From contig CAWJEJ010000001.1 of the NCBI GenBank assembly GCA_963841855.1, forward strand, positions 1,109,793 through 1,173,792: a stretch of DNA of 64,000 nt. The letters are read 5' to 3'. Source of the DNA: Rhodothermales bacterium (lineage in GTDB: Bacteria > Bacteroidota > Rhodothermia > Rhodothermales > BA12). Positions 13,679 through 22,444 of the stretch are shown piece by piece; within the stretch, counting starts at the first letter, position 1; each line of letters opens with the position of its first letter. A program made the translations under genes and the position numbers. The notes beneath the pieces were generated by a model. It did not search any database. It saw only the letters and a program-made list of their open reading frames with translations, and was not told the DNA's origin.

Positions 13679-14132
13679 GGCGCTGCGGGTGGTTGGGACG
13701 AGGGCGTTGGGCAGACGGCAAGGTAGGAAGGCGAGGCGCGCCCCGCCCTGCGTCACGTGGTTTTCGCCGTCGGAGCGCTGATCGCTCCGCTTGCCTTTTC
13801 GAGCTACCCTCGGTGACGTCTGGATGAGGTTACTCTTCTGCGCCACCGAGCGACCGAAAAGAGCAGCGCGCTGCGGCGCAGGAATTCTGATCGGCACGGC
13901 GACGTTTTGCATCCGCACGTTTCTCAGTCGACACGTGCAGATCAATCGAGGCGTCGATCGGCCCGGTTCACTTGTTGGAGGGGAACGTAGTAGCTCTCTT
14001 CAGGCCATGCAGCAGCGTAAAACACGTCCCATGTCAGGAACCGGGTCTCCGCCGCGACTTTATCTTAGCGTTCCTGTTCGTAGACTATCGACGCTGACCA
14101 CGCGCATCTCGCACTCTCCCCTCCGCACTGCC

Positions 14133-14876
14133 ATGAAGTTCTGGCATCTCTTCTTATTCCTTCTGCTTTCTGCCGCCGCTCCGGCCACAGCGCAGTCTGT
14201 TCGTGGGAGTGTTGTCAGTCTCGATTCGACACGGCTAGCTGGTGTAACCGTGCTTCTTTACTCCGAAACGGGAGAACTGGCGGGCGCTGCCGTGACGGAC
14301 GTGGAGGGCGGCTTCGAGGTTCAGCTTTCCGAAGACCGACCGTATCTCCTGGTGGCGCGTCACGTGGGATACACGACTGTGGAAGCCGATAATGTCCGGC
14401 CGAGTAAGGACGAGACGCTTCTTATCACGCTCCAGAAAACTTCGATAGTCCTCGGCGAAGTCCTCGTAGAGGCGCAGGTGGCCCTTGAGATGCAGGCTTT
14501 CCTGAACCGAAGTGCTACGCGGTACGGGCGCTTTTTCTCGGTCGACCAGCACGGCTGGCGCGCGGGAGGTGTGCGAGGCGTGACCAACCGCGTCCCCTTC
14601 CTCTCCATGGGATCGACGCAGTACGCAGGCGAGCCGCGCATCGTAGGCCGCACGTTCGCAGGCGGCTCGTGCACGCCGACGGTTTTCGTCGACGGCAACA
14701 TGATCTACCAGGATCCCATCGCCATCGTGACCTATCCTCTGCCCGACGAACTGCGCGCGGTCGAGGTCTATAGAAGTCCCGTTCACGCGCCTGAGCCCTA
14801 CCAGAGCATGTCGCTCATGGAGGCGGATCAGTGCGCGGTCGTGATGATGTGGACCTATCGCACGATGGACCGCTGA
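14133..14876 (+). CDS. Secreted protein with N-terminal carboxypeptidase-regulatory-like domain
   Basis: The ATG at 14133 gives a signal peptide (MKFWHLFLFLLLSAAAPATAQ), followed by SVRGSVVSLDSTRLAGVTVLLY...GGFEV. Confidence 0.6.
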   Translation: MKFWHLFLFLLLSAAAPATAQSVRGSVVSLDSTRLAGVTVLLYSETGELAGAAVTDVEGGFEVQLSEDRPYLLVARHVGYTTVEADNVRPSKDETLLITLQKTSIVLGEVLVEAQVALEMQAFLNRSATRYGRFFSVDQHGWRAGGVRGVTNRVPFLSMGSTQYAGEPRIVGRTFAGGSCTPTVFVDGNMIYQDPIAIVTYPLPDELRAVEVYRSPVHAPEPYQSMSLMEADQCAVVMMWTYRTMDR

Positions 14877-14911
14877 CCGCTTTCGCTCCCTCCTTTTCCA
14901 GTCCTTTCCGC

Positions 14912-15466
14912 ATGCCTCGCCTCTCCCGCCATCTCCTCTTCTGCCTCTTGCTCGCAGCAGTAGCCGGATGCTCCTCGTCCAAAGGTCCCAACGTGATCCG
15001 AGACGACAGCGGCGACGCGCCCGAAATGCGGACGCGCGCCATGACGCTCAACATGCCGTCCGATTCGGGGTATCAGGGCCAGAGCAACGTGCGCCACCAG
15101 TTTCTATTAACGGCTGGCAGCACGTGCGTCAACCGCGACCGGTGCATCGAGAAGGACGGTTATCTGCACTTCAAGTACAACGGCGGCACGCGCTCGGTGA
15201 TGCGCAACTACTCGCCCATCATCATCATGGCCGACTCGCGCCGCTTCTCGTGGCCTGAGTTCACAGACAGCGACGAAGAGCTGCTGGCTCGCATCGACGT
15301 GCACCTCGCCGTGTCCGTAGCCGACCTTCGCTCAATCGCCTTTGCCGAAAACGTTAGCGTACAGTTCGGCGGCCGCGCCGTCGACTTTGGCTTTGACCAG
15401 CGGCGCCCGATGCGCGAATTGATCGCCGAGTTGCAGGGCGGCATACTAGACGCTGCCACTCCGTAA
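14912..15466 (+). CDS. Putative lipoprotein, unknown function
   Basis: The ATG at 14912 gives MPRLSRHLLFCLLLAAVAGCSSS (lipobox). No family recognised. Confidence 0.5.
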   Translation: MPRLSRHLLFCLLLAAVAGCSSSKGPNVIRDDSGDAPEMRTRAMTLNMPSDSGYQGQSNVRHQFLLTAGSTCVNRDRCIEKDGYLHFKYNGGTRSVMRNYSPIIIMADSRRFSWPEFTDSDEELLARIDVHLAVSVADLRSIAFAENVSVQFGGRAVDFGFDQRRPMRELIAELQGGILDAATP

Positions 15467-15472
15467 CGAGCG

Positions 15473-15499
15473 GAGAAGAGAAGAGAGAGAGAGAGAGAG
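15473..15499. repeat. (GA)n / GAGAA-type purine microsatellite
   Basis: The sequence gagaagagaagagagagagagagagag lies directly after the stop at 15466. Confidence 0.8.
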
Positions 15500-15665
15500 C
15501 GGAGTGAATGCAGCGCTTCGCATGGAGAGGTCCAGCGGCTTGGCTGACGAGGAGACCGGCACGGCGCTACCGAAGAAGCCTCTGTTCGATCTGGATTGAG
15601 CGGCGGAAGCGCATCCGAAATGCCCCGCGTGGTGCGTTAGAACGAGACAGACTTTCTCCCTGCCA

Positions 15666-16781
15666 ATGCGCCGTTCTCTCTCGCTCCTCCTTCTCCTTTT
15701 TGCGGTTGCAGCGCCTGCTCGCGCTCAAGTGCCTGTAGCTACGCTGACGGGTGTCGTCACCGACGCGTCGACGGGTGAGCCGCTGCCGGGTGCGAGCGTG
15801 TTTATCGCTCAGTCGATGACCGGGACAGTGTCGGACCGCAACGGGCGCTTCACGATTACGGGCGTTCCGATGGGCGCGTTGAAGTTGTACGTGTCGTTCG
15901 TCGGCTTCGAAGCGCAGTCGCGCGACCTGATGCTGCGCGAGCCGCGCGTCTACTCATTTGAGTTCGCGATGGAGCCGTCCGCCGTGATTGCGGGCGAAGC
16001 CGTCGTCGAGGCTGAGCGCGACGAAAAATGGCAGGAGCGTTATGAACGCTTCGTAGCGCAGTTTATCGGCGAGACGCCCAACGCTGCCCTGACCACGATC
16101 GAGAATCCGTACGTGATGAGCTTCGAGGGCAGCAAATTGGGCACGCTGGAGGCTCAAGCGTCCGAACCGTTGGTAATCGAAAACCGCGCGCTAGGGTATA
16201 GAGTGAAGTACTTCCTGACCACGTTCAGGGCCACCCAAACGCGCACGAGCTACGACGGCGAGCCGCTCTACGAGGAGTTGACGCCATCCAGCCAGGAAGA
16301 GGCCGATCTGTGGGACGCCAACCGCCGCAGCGCGTTCATCGGATCGTTCCGCCACTTCTTACTCGCCGGACTAGCCGGACGGCTGGAGGGTCAGGGCTTC
16401 AAAACGTACTGGCGCAACGCTGAGCAGGGTGCGAGTGACCGCATCGGCAGCCGCCGCCAAGAGTTCGATCCCAAGAACCTGCTCACCGACGGCGAAGTGC
16501 CGACCGAACGCATTCTCGACACAGACGACGGTTACATCGAAATCATCTATGCCGGAGAGGTCGAGGATCCTGCCTACCGTGACTGGTGGAGCCAGGCAGG
16601 CGACGGGCGCATCACCGTCAAGCGCGACCGCTTCCAGACCTCGTGGATCCGCACCGAAAACGGCCCCGCCGTCGTCGACTACAAAGGCGACACCGGCAAT
16701 CCGGGCGTGACGCTCTCGGGCTATCTCGCGTTCGAGCGCATCGCCGATGCCGTGCCCAAGGAATACCGTCCGGGACGTTGA
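15666..16781 (+). CDS. Secreted carboxypeptidase-regulatory-like domain protein
   Basis: Signal peptide MRRSLSLLLLLFAVAAPARAQ, then TLTGVVTDASTGEPLPGASVFI...NGRFTITGVPMGALKLYVSFVGFE. It has no C-terminal sorting domain of its own. Confidence 0.65.
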   Translation: MRRSLSLLLLLFAVAAPARAQVPVATLTGVVTDASTGEPLPGASVFIAQSMTGTVSDRNGRFTITGVPMGALKLYVSFVGFEAQSRDLMLREPRVYSFEFAMEPSAVIAGEAVVEAERDEKWQERYERFVAQFIGETPNAALTTIENPYVMSFEGSKLGTLEAQASEPLVIENRALGYRVKYFLTTFRATQTRTSYDGEPLYEELTPSSQEEADLWDANRRSAFIGSFRHFLLAGLAGRLEGQGFKTYWRNAEQGASDRIGSRRQEFDPKNLLTDGEVPTERILDTDDGYIEIIYAGEVEDPAYRDWWSQAGDGRITVKRDRFQTSWIRTENGPAVVDYKGDTGNPGVTLSGYLAFERIADAVPKEYRPGR

Positions 16782-16833
16782 CTCCGTTCCAACTGAGCCG
16801 CACATACCGCAGAGTGGGCGACGCACGGAGTGA

Positions 16834-17418
16834 CAGGCAGATGACGATATCACGTGCGATGCCGCGCTGCCCATCGAACTGACCGCCTTCACCGCCACGC
16901 TCGACGGAAGCAGCGCGCGCCTGGCCTGGCATAACGCGTCCGAGAACAACAACAGCGGTTTCTCGGTCGAACACCAGGCACCTGGCACATCGGCCTTCGC
17001 CCCGCGCGGATGGGTGACCGGTGCAGGCACGATGCTCGAAGCGCAGCGCTACGCCTTCCCACCTCGGACCTCGCGCCGGGCCGCCACGCCTTCCGCCTGC
17101 GCCAGATCGACCTCGACGGCGCGTGCGAAGTACAGCCCTGTCGTAGAAGTCACCGTGACGGTCAGCGGCGGCGACGTGAGCGTGATCTCGTCTACGATGG
17201 GCGAGTCGGTGCGTGCGACGATGAGCGAGAGCCAGGGCGTGCGCGTCGACCTCTTCGACCTGCTCGGCCGCCGCGTGGCAACGCTGCACGACGGCGAGGC
17301 GGCGGCTAGCCAGACGCTGGACATCCAGCTTCCGTCCAGCCTGACGAGCGGCGCCTACCTGGCGCGCGTTACGGGCGAGCGCTTCTCGCAGACCGTTCGC
17401 GTGCGCGTCGTTCGGTAA
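16834..17418 (+). pseudogene. Start-less T9SS C-terminal sorting-domain remnant with two compensating frameshifts
   Basis: Frame 1 is open from 16834 with no start codon or signal peptide (..LPIELTAFTATLDGSSARLAWHNASENNNSGFSVEH..EAQRYAF). The expected continuation TSDLAPGRHAFRLRQIDLDG is in another frame (track ORF 17010). The sequence then returns to frame 1 (KYSPVVEVTV...GAYLARVTGERFSQTVRVRVVR). Confidence 0.55.
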
Positions 17419-17445
17419 CGGGCGAGCGAGCCGGTCGCCCTATCG

Positions 17446-18492
17446 TCACGCGGCGACCGGCTCGCCAATCGCTTTGCGTACGGCAGGGGCGACGATGGTG
17501 CCGTAGAGTTCGATCGCGCGCAGCACGTCGCCATGCGGCATCGGGCCGACGGTGATCTGGAGCAGCATCCGGTCGTGGCCGAACAGTTCGTGCTCCCACA
17601 AGATCTTGTCGATCACTCGCTGCGGATCGCCCAGGACCAGAGCGCCTGTTGGCCCGGCTTCGTGCGCAAAGTGATCGGCCGATGGAGCAGGCCAGCCGCG
17701 CTCGGCTCCGATGCGCGTCATTGTCTCCATGAACGGGGCTTGGGCAATACGCGCGGCGTCGTCGAACGTGTCGGCGATGAAGCCGTGCGTGTTGATACTG
17801 ACTTTGGCTGCGTCCGGGTCGTGGCCCATCTCGGCCCACGCCTGCCGGTACAGGTCAATGAATGGCTTGAAGCGCGCTGGATTGCCGCCGATGATCGCGA
17901 GGGCAAGAGGAAGCCCCAAGTGCGCCGCTTGAACGACCGAACGCAGCGTGCCACCGACCGCGCGCCAGATCGGAATCTCGGTCTGTACCGGCCGCGGATA
18001 AACGCCTAGCTCGTCGATTGCCGCCCGGTGCCGCGTGCCTTCCCACGTCACCCGCTCGGACTTCTGGAGACGGAGCAGCAGCTCGAGCTTCTCGTCGAAC
18101 AGTTCGTGGTAGTCTTCGAGCTTCTGCCCGAAAAGAGGAAACGACTCTACAAACGACCCGCGCCCGGCGATGATTTCGGCGCGTCCACCGCTGATCAGGT
18201 CGAGCGTCGCGAACCGTTGGAACACCCGGACGGGGTCGTCCGACGACAGCACCGTTACCGCGCTCGTCAGCCGGATCCGCTCAGTCCGCGCCGCCGCCGC
18301 GGCTAGCAACACCTCGGGCGCCGACGCGACGTAGTCGGCCCGGTGATGCTCGCCGACGCCGTATACGTCTAACCCAACCTGATCGGCGAGCACGATCTCT
18401 TCGAGAAGATTGGCGACGCGCTGCTGCGGTGTCGCAGAGTTGGTCGAAGTAGCAAGGGAGGTTTCGACGAATGAGAAGAGGCCCAATTCCAT
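17446..18492 (-). CDS. LLM-class (luciferase-like) flavin-dependent oxidoreductase
   Basis: The ATG at 18492 gives MELGLFSFVETS..., with typical LLM motifs (GVGEHH, RVFQRFATLDLISGGRAE). The track start at 18726 is an over-extension. Confidence 0.85.
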   Translation of the reverse strand: MELGLFSFVETSLATSTNSATPQQRVANLLEEIVLADQVGLDVYGVGEHHRADYVASAPEVLLAAAAARTERIRLTSAVTVLSSDDPVRVFQRFATLDLISGGRAEIIAGRGSFVESFPLFGQKLEDYHELFDEKLELLLRLQKSERVTWEGTRHRAAIDELGVYPRPVQTEIPIWRAVGGTLRSVVQAAHLGLPLALAIIGGNPARFKPFIDLYRQAWAEMGHDPDAAKVSINTHGFIADTFDDAARIAQAPFMETMTRIGAERGWPAPSADHFAHEAGPTGALVLGDPQRVIDKILWEHELFGHDRMLLQITVGPMPHGDVLRAIELYGTIVAPAVRKAIGEPVAA

Positions 18493-18580
18493 GGCGAGAG
18501 CGGAAATATGAGCGGACACAACGCCCAATCGTTTTACCTGTTGCAACAGACAGTTTACTCGCGCGTCCCACTCACATCCG

Positions 18581-18613
18581 AAACATGACGTGTCTTGGAG
18601 ACATGTCATGTTT
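18581..18613. promoter_or_regulatory. Imperfect 14-bp inverted repeat in a divergent intergenic region (candidate operator)
   Basis: AAACATGACGTGTC - ttgga - GACATGTCATGTTT, with one mismatch. It lies between the LLM gene (-) and the DoxX gene (+). Confidence 0.35.
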
Positions 18614-18630
18614 GATCTCCACTCGCCGCC

Positions 18631-19065
18631 ATGCCCGACTCTCGCCTCGCTTCGACCCCGCTCCTCGACCGGCAACTCGCGTTCGCAGGCCTGCGCATCA
18701 TTGCCGGAATCAACATGCTGATGCATGGGCTGGTGCGGCTCCCCGATCTGAGCGGCTTCGCCGACGGGCTCGCGGGCGCGTTCGAGCCGACCATCCTGCC
18801 CGAGCTGATGGTTCGCCCGTTTGCCTATGCGCTGACGTTCGCCGAAGCAGCGGTGGGGCTGATGCTCGTCGTAGGCTGGAAGGTGCGGTGGGCTCTGGTC
18901 GGATGCCTCGCAATCATGGCCGCGCTCGTCTTCGGCACAGCGCTGCGCCAGGAGTGGGCGACGCTGAGCACGCAGATGATCTATGCACTGGTCTTCTTCG
19001 CGCTGCTGATGACACGCGGCTACGACCGCTGGGGACTGGACGAGCAGATCGACCGCCGACCGTAA
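18631..19065 (+). CDS. DoxX-family membrane protein
   Basis: About 4 TM helices, and an N-terminal pattern (AGLRIIAGINMLMHGLVRL) like DoxX/MhqP-type proteins. Confidence 0.65.
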   Translation: MPDSRLASTPLLDRQLAFAGLRIIAGINMLMHGLVRLPDLSGFADGLAGAFEPTILPELMVRPFAYALTFAEAAVGLMLVVGWKVRWALVGCLAIMAALVFGTALRQEWATLSTQMIYALVFFALLMTRGYDRWGLDEQIDRRP

Positions 19066-19135
19066 CGCATCGCGCCGGGCCGAACGCGCGGACGTGCGCG
19101 GCGTTGGCCCGGCTCCACTTTACACAACCGAACTC

Positions 19136-19666
19136 ATGGCTACAGCCACATTCGGCGGCGGGTGCTTCTGGTGCACCGAAGCCGTCTTCGAAGACCTCAA
19201 AGGCGTCGACAAAGTCGTCAGCGGCTATGTCGGCGGTCACGTCGTCGATCCGACCTACGAACAGGTCTGCTCAGGCGCGACGGGCCACGCCGAAGTCGTC
19301 CAGATTACGTTCGACCCTGACGTCGTCAGCTTTTCGGACCTGCTCCGCATCCACCTGACCACGCACGACCCGACGACGCTCAACCGCCAGGGCGCGGACC
19401 GAGGCACGCAGTACCGTTCGGCCGTTTTTTACCACGACGAAGAGCAAAAGCTCGCTGCCGAGGTCGTTACGACGGAGTTCGCGAGTGAGGAGATCTACAG
19501 CGATCCCATCGTGACTCAGATCGCCCCGCTCGACACGTTCTATGCCGCCGAAGCGTACCACCAGGGCTACTTCAAGAACAATCCCGCACAGCCGTACTGC
19601 GCCGCTGTGATCGCGCCCAAGGTGTCGAAATTCAGGAAGAAGTATCGCGAGTTGCTTCAGGCGTAA
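19136..19666 (+). CDS. msrA: Peptide-methionine (S)-S-oxide reductase
   Basis: The ATG at 19136 gives MATATFGGGCFWCTEAVF, the canonical GCFWC active site. Confidence 0.92.
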   Translation: MATATFGGGCFWCTEAVFEDLKGVDKVVSGYVGGHVVDPTYEQVCSGATGHAEVVQITFDPDVVSFSDLLRIHLTTHDPTTLNRQGADRGTQYRSAVFYHDEEQKLAAEVVTTEFASEEIYSDPIVTQIAPLDTFYAAEAYHQGYFKNNPAQPYCAAVIAPKVSKFRKKYRELLQA

Positions 19667-19696
19667 GCCCACCGCCACCCAGACGCATTCCCCAAC

Positions 19697-19783
19697 TGTC
19701 ATTGCGAGGAACGACGCGACGTAGCGACCTCCGTCTTATCGGCTGGCTTCGGAGATCGCCAGACTTACGGCTTCGCGATGACA
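19697..19783. repeat. 87-bp hairpin repeat element (TGTCATYGCGAGG ... CTTCGCGATGACA family), full copy
   Basis: The termini tgtcattgcgagg / cttcgcgatgaca and the inner gcgacctccg / cggagatcgc are inverted complements. It lies between convergent genes. Confidence 0.6.
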
Positions 19784-19873
19784 AGGGGCGGGGTTTAGCG
19801 CTTACCTCTCAAGCAGAAAGGGCGCCTCGACTCATCGTCGGGGCGCCCTTTGGCGTTGGTGCGGATGCCAGCG

Positions 19874-21061
19874 TTAAACGCTCGACACCTTGTCGCTGAT
19901 CGCGCTCTTGGCGTCGTCGGCCTGCGACTTGGCTTCGTCGCCCACCTTCTTGGCTTCAGACGTAGCCTTGTCTTTCACGCTGTCAGCCTGCTCTTTAGCG
20001 CTGGACTGCACGCGGTCCATGACTTGCTTGGCCTTGTCGGCGGGCGAGCCGTCGGCGTTTCGTGCTTCGTCCTTGGCGTCGCTGACGACGGTTTCGACGG
20101 CGTGCTTGGCTTCGCTCAGCGTCGACTCTGCAGCGTGCTTGGCTTTGCTCATCAAGCTGTCGCTGGCCTCGCCCATCAGACGATTTTCCTGAGGCGTCGT
20201 CGGGAAGAGTCCGCCGATGAGGGCGCCTAGTCCAGCGGCGAGCGCGCCTGCTGCGAGCGGATTGTCTTCGACGAACTGCTCCATGCCGCTCTTGGCGCGG
20301 TACATCTGGCGCTGGGCATCGTGGGCCAAGTGCTGCATCTGATCGGACGCCTGGTGCAGTGTGTCCTTGGCTTGATCCACTACGTTTCCAGCGGCGTCCC
20401 TGGCCTGATCGGCGGTGTTCTGAGCGCGCTGGCGCAGATCGTCAGCCGTCGACCCTTGATCGCTGCCCTGCTGATAGGCGACGCCCGTGCGCATCGTCTG
20501 TCCCTGCGGATAGGGCTGACCGTAGGCGGCCGTCGTGCGGTACTGCGGTCCCGTGCTATACCCGGCGGCAGGATATCCGCTGGAGTATCCGTAGCTGCGG
20601 CGGTAGTCACGGCGCTTTTTGTCGTCGTCCGATCCGCTGAAGATCAGGTAGCCGAGCGAGAGCCCAGCGATGATGGAGGGAATGGGATTGTCGCGGACGG
20701 TGTCGATCATGGAGCGTTTGGCGTTATTCACCAGGTGACGCGGATCGAGCCGATCCTGTACCTGGTCGATGGTTTGGTGGACGGCGGACATCGCCTCGTG
20801 CTTGAGATGCGTTGGCGACAAACGGGCTTCGATCTGGTCGATCGTGCCGCTGATGTCAGCGCGCGTGCGGCGGATGTCTTGTTCAAGGGCATCCGGATTG
20901 CGATCGGCCAGATCGGCCGCGTCGGGGCGGTCGGTGGCCTGCGTTCCCGTAATGGGATCACGGCCTTGCGGAGCGTGCGGCGTAGCGAACGTGCTCGGCG
21001 GTGTCTTGGGACCGGTCGGCATGTTCGTTGCGTCCGGGTCGGTTGAATGAGGGTCGTTCAT
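19874..21061 (-). CDS. DUF3618-like stress-associated membrane protein with helical and G/Y-rich regions
   Basis: It has a DIRRTRADISGTIDQIEARLSP motif, one TM segment (PIPSIIAGLSLGYLIF), a G/Y/Q-rich linker and a C-terminal amphipathic KD/A-rich repeat region. Confidence 0.6.
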   Translation of the reverse strand: MNDPHSTDPDATNMPTGPKTPPSTFATPHAPQGRDPITGTQATDRPDAADLADRNPDALEQDIRRTRADISGTIDQIEARLSPTHLKHEAMSAVHQTIDQVQDRLDPRHLVNNAKRSMIDTVRDNPIPSIIAGLSLGYLIFSGSDDDKKRRDYRRSYGYSSGYPAAGYSTGPQYRTTAAYGQPYPQGQTMRTGVAYQQGSDQGSTADDLRQRAQNTADQARDAAGNVVDQAKDTLHQASDQMQHLAHDAQRQMYRAKSGMEQFVEDNPLAAGALAAGLGALIGGLFPTTPQENRLMGEASDSLMSKAKHAAESTLSEAKHAVETVVSDAKDEARNADGSPADKAKQVMDRVQSSAKEQADSVKDKATSEAKKVGDEAKSQADDAKSAISDKVSSV

Positions 21062-21591
21062 AGTTGTGCGGAGGGTGAGGCGCCCAGGTTGCCTGGATCG
21101 CGTTTGACTTCGTCTACTTCGGCCTTGACGAAGGCCGCGTCGTTGGACAGCGTCCGCGACGTGCGTTCGAGCGAGAAGTCGGTGTTCTTGAAGCCGGAGA
21201 TGCCCGAGTTGGCGAGGATCGCGCCGACGACTAGTGTCAGCAGCCCGACGATGAGTAGGCCGAGCCAGGCGTATTCGTTGCCTAATTCCATATCGCTCAG
21301 CAGAGCACCGATAAGCGTGCCCAGCCCGACTAGCGTAACGACGAATCCGGCGTAGGCGACAAATCCGCCCGCGGCGACTTTGGCGATGTGCGACGCCGCC
21401 TTCTTGGCTTTGTCGAACGCTTCGGTCTTGGCGAGCGCGACTTCCTGCTGGACCAGGTGCTTGGTCTCCTCGCTCAGATTGCGAAAGAGGTCACCGAGCG
21501 AGGGTTCAGCGGATGTCGGGCGTGTAGGAGGCATCCCGGTCGCCGGTCCTTCGATCAGGATCGGCTCGGAGTGGGGAGGTAGTTCAGGCAT
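21058..21591 (-). CDS. Holin-X (holin superfamily III, PF07332-like) membrane protein
   Basis: LFRNLSEETKHLVQQEVALAKTE...AAGGFVAYAGFVVTLVGLGTLIGALL. It shares 4 nt with the gene at 19874-21061 and 8 nt with the gene at 21584-22279. Confidence 0.65.
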   Translation of the reverse strand: MPELPPHSEPILIEGPATGMPPTRPTSAEPSLGDLFRNLSEETKHLVQQEVALAKTEAFDKAKKAASHIAKVAAGGFVAYAGFVVTLVGLGTLIGALLSDMELGNEYAWLGLLIVGLLTLVVGAILANSGISGFKNTDFSLERTSRTLSNDAAFVKAEVDEVKRDPGNLGASPSAQL

Positions 21592-22279
21592 TGCGCATCG
21601 GGTCGTTCGAGACCGATCGGTCCGAGGTCGTGCTGCCGTACGTGCCGCCCGAGTAGTCGCCAGTCAGGGTCCGATCGGTAGGCGCGCCAGTCAGGGGAGC
21701 GGCGTATCCCCCGGTTTGCGGATCGTAGCCGCCGCGGTAGGCCGGAGCGTCGTAGCCTGCGCCGTACATCGGGCGGCGTGTGTAGCCGCGTCCGTAGACG
21801 TTGTTTCCGTTGTGATCGGGTGACGGGCGCGAGGCGCGGACGAAGCGTCCGGCGGCCAGTCCGATCAGCGCGGCGGCTCCCAAGAAGAGGCCCGGCTCGC
21901 GGCGCGCGAACTGCTCGGCGTCGCTCAGCAAATCGCCGACGCTGCGGTTCTGCAAGTAGCTGTTCAAGCGTTCGACCTGTCCCGCTGCCTGCTCGACCGC
22001 ATTTGCAACCGGTTCTTGACCGTTATCGCGCAGCGTTTCGGTCGTCTGTTTGAGCGCGTCCTGGATACCGCCCAGCTGCTCGGTCGCACGCGACTTCTGC
22101 TCGGACAACTGTTCCTTCGCCTTGTCCTCCACTTGGTGCCTCACGTCACTGGCCTGATCGCCGAGCGATGCGGCGGCTTGCTGCGCTTTGTCTTTCGCCT
22201 GGTGGGCGAGATCAGAGGTCGGAGAGCCTGAAGAGGCCGAAGTGGTACCTGACGTTCCTATTTCGGGGAGAGTAGCCAT
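21584..22279 (-). CDS. Hypothetical membrane-anchored protein (LEA-like helical N-terminus, G/Y-rich C-terminus)
   Basis: Amphipathic KD/Q/A-rich N-terminus, a TM segment (GLFLGAAALIGLAAGRF) and a Gly/Tyr-rich tail. It is the first gene of a three-gene overlapping operon. Confidence 0.55.
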   Translation of the reverse strand: MATLPEIGTSGTTSASSGSPTSDLAHQAKDKAQQAAASLGDQASDVRHQVEDKAKEQLSEQKSRATEQLGGIQDALKQTTETLRDNGQEPVANAVEQAAGQVERLNSYLQNRSVGDLLSDAEQFARREPGLFLGAAALIGLAAGRFVRASRPSPDHNGNNVYGRGYTRRPMYGAGYDAPAYRGGYDPQTGGYAAPLTGAPTDRTLTGDYSGGTYGSTTSDRSVSNDPMRNA

Positions 22280-22444
22280 GTGTCTAGCGGGGTAAGGTGG
22301 TCGATTATGCGACCCGCTCAGATGAGCGAGTAGATATATGACCCTGATCCCTTCGCGTGTTCTTCCGCACTTTTGGTAACTTGCAAGCTGATTACACCCT
22401 GTCCACTGGTTGTTACCGACTGGTCCGACCTACACTTCTAATCT

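Noticed and set aside
13791-14132. A long N-terminal extension of the track ORF upstream of 14133. The same occurs at 1845-2126, 35697-35963, 38787-38924 and 47815-48228.
   Set aside because: The extensions are Arg/Pro-rich and lack function-like sequence. In each case an internal ATG gives a canonical signal peptide or family N-terminus, so I treat the extensions as non-coding.
17426-17465. A 14-bp-stem hairpin (GCGAGCCGGTCGCC/GGCGACCGGCTCGC) between convergent genes, as a possible terminator.
   Set aside because: It has no U-tract on either strand, and its 3' arm lies inside the LLM oxidoreductase coding end. It may still stabilise the mRNA 3' end, but I cannot call it a terminator.
21058-21591. 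A holin-family gene as evidence of a prophage lysis cassette.
   Set aside because: There is no endolysin, spanin or phage structural gene nearby. The gene is embedded by overlapping start and stop codons in a stress-type operon.
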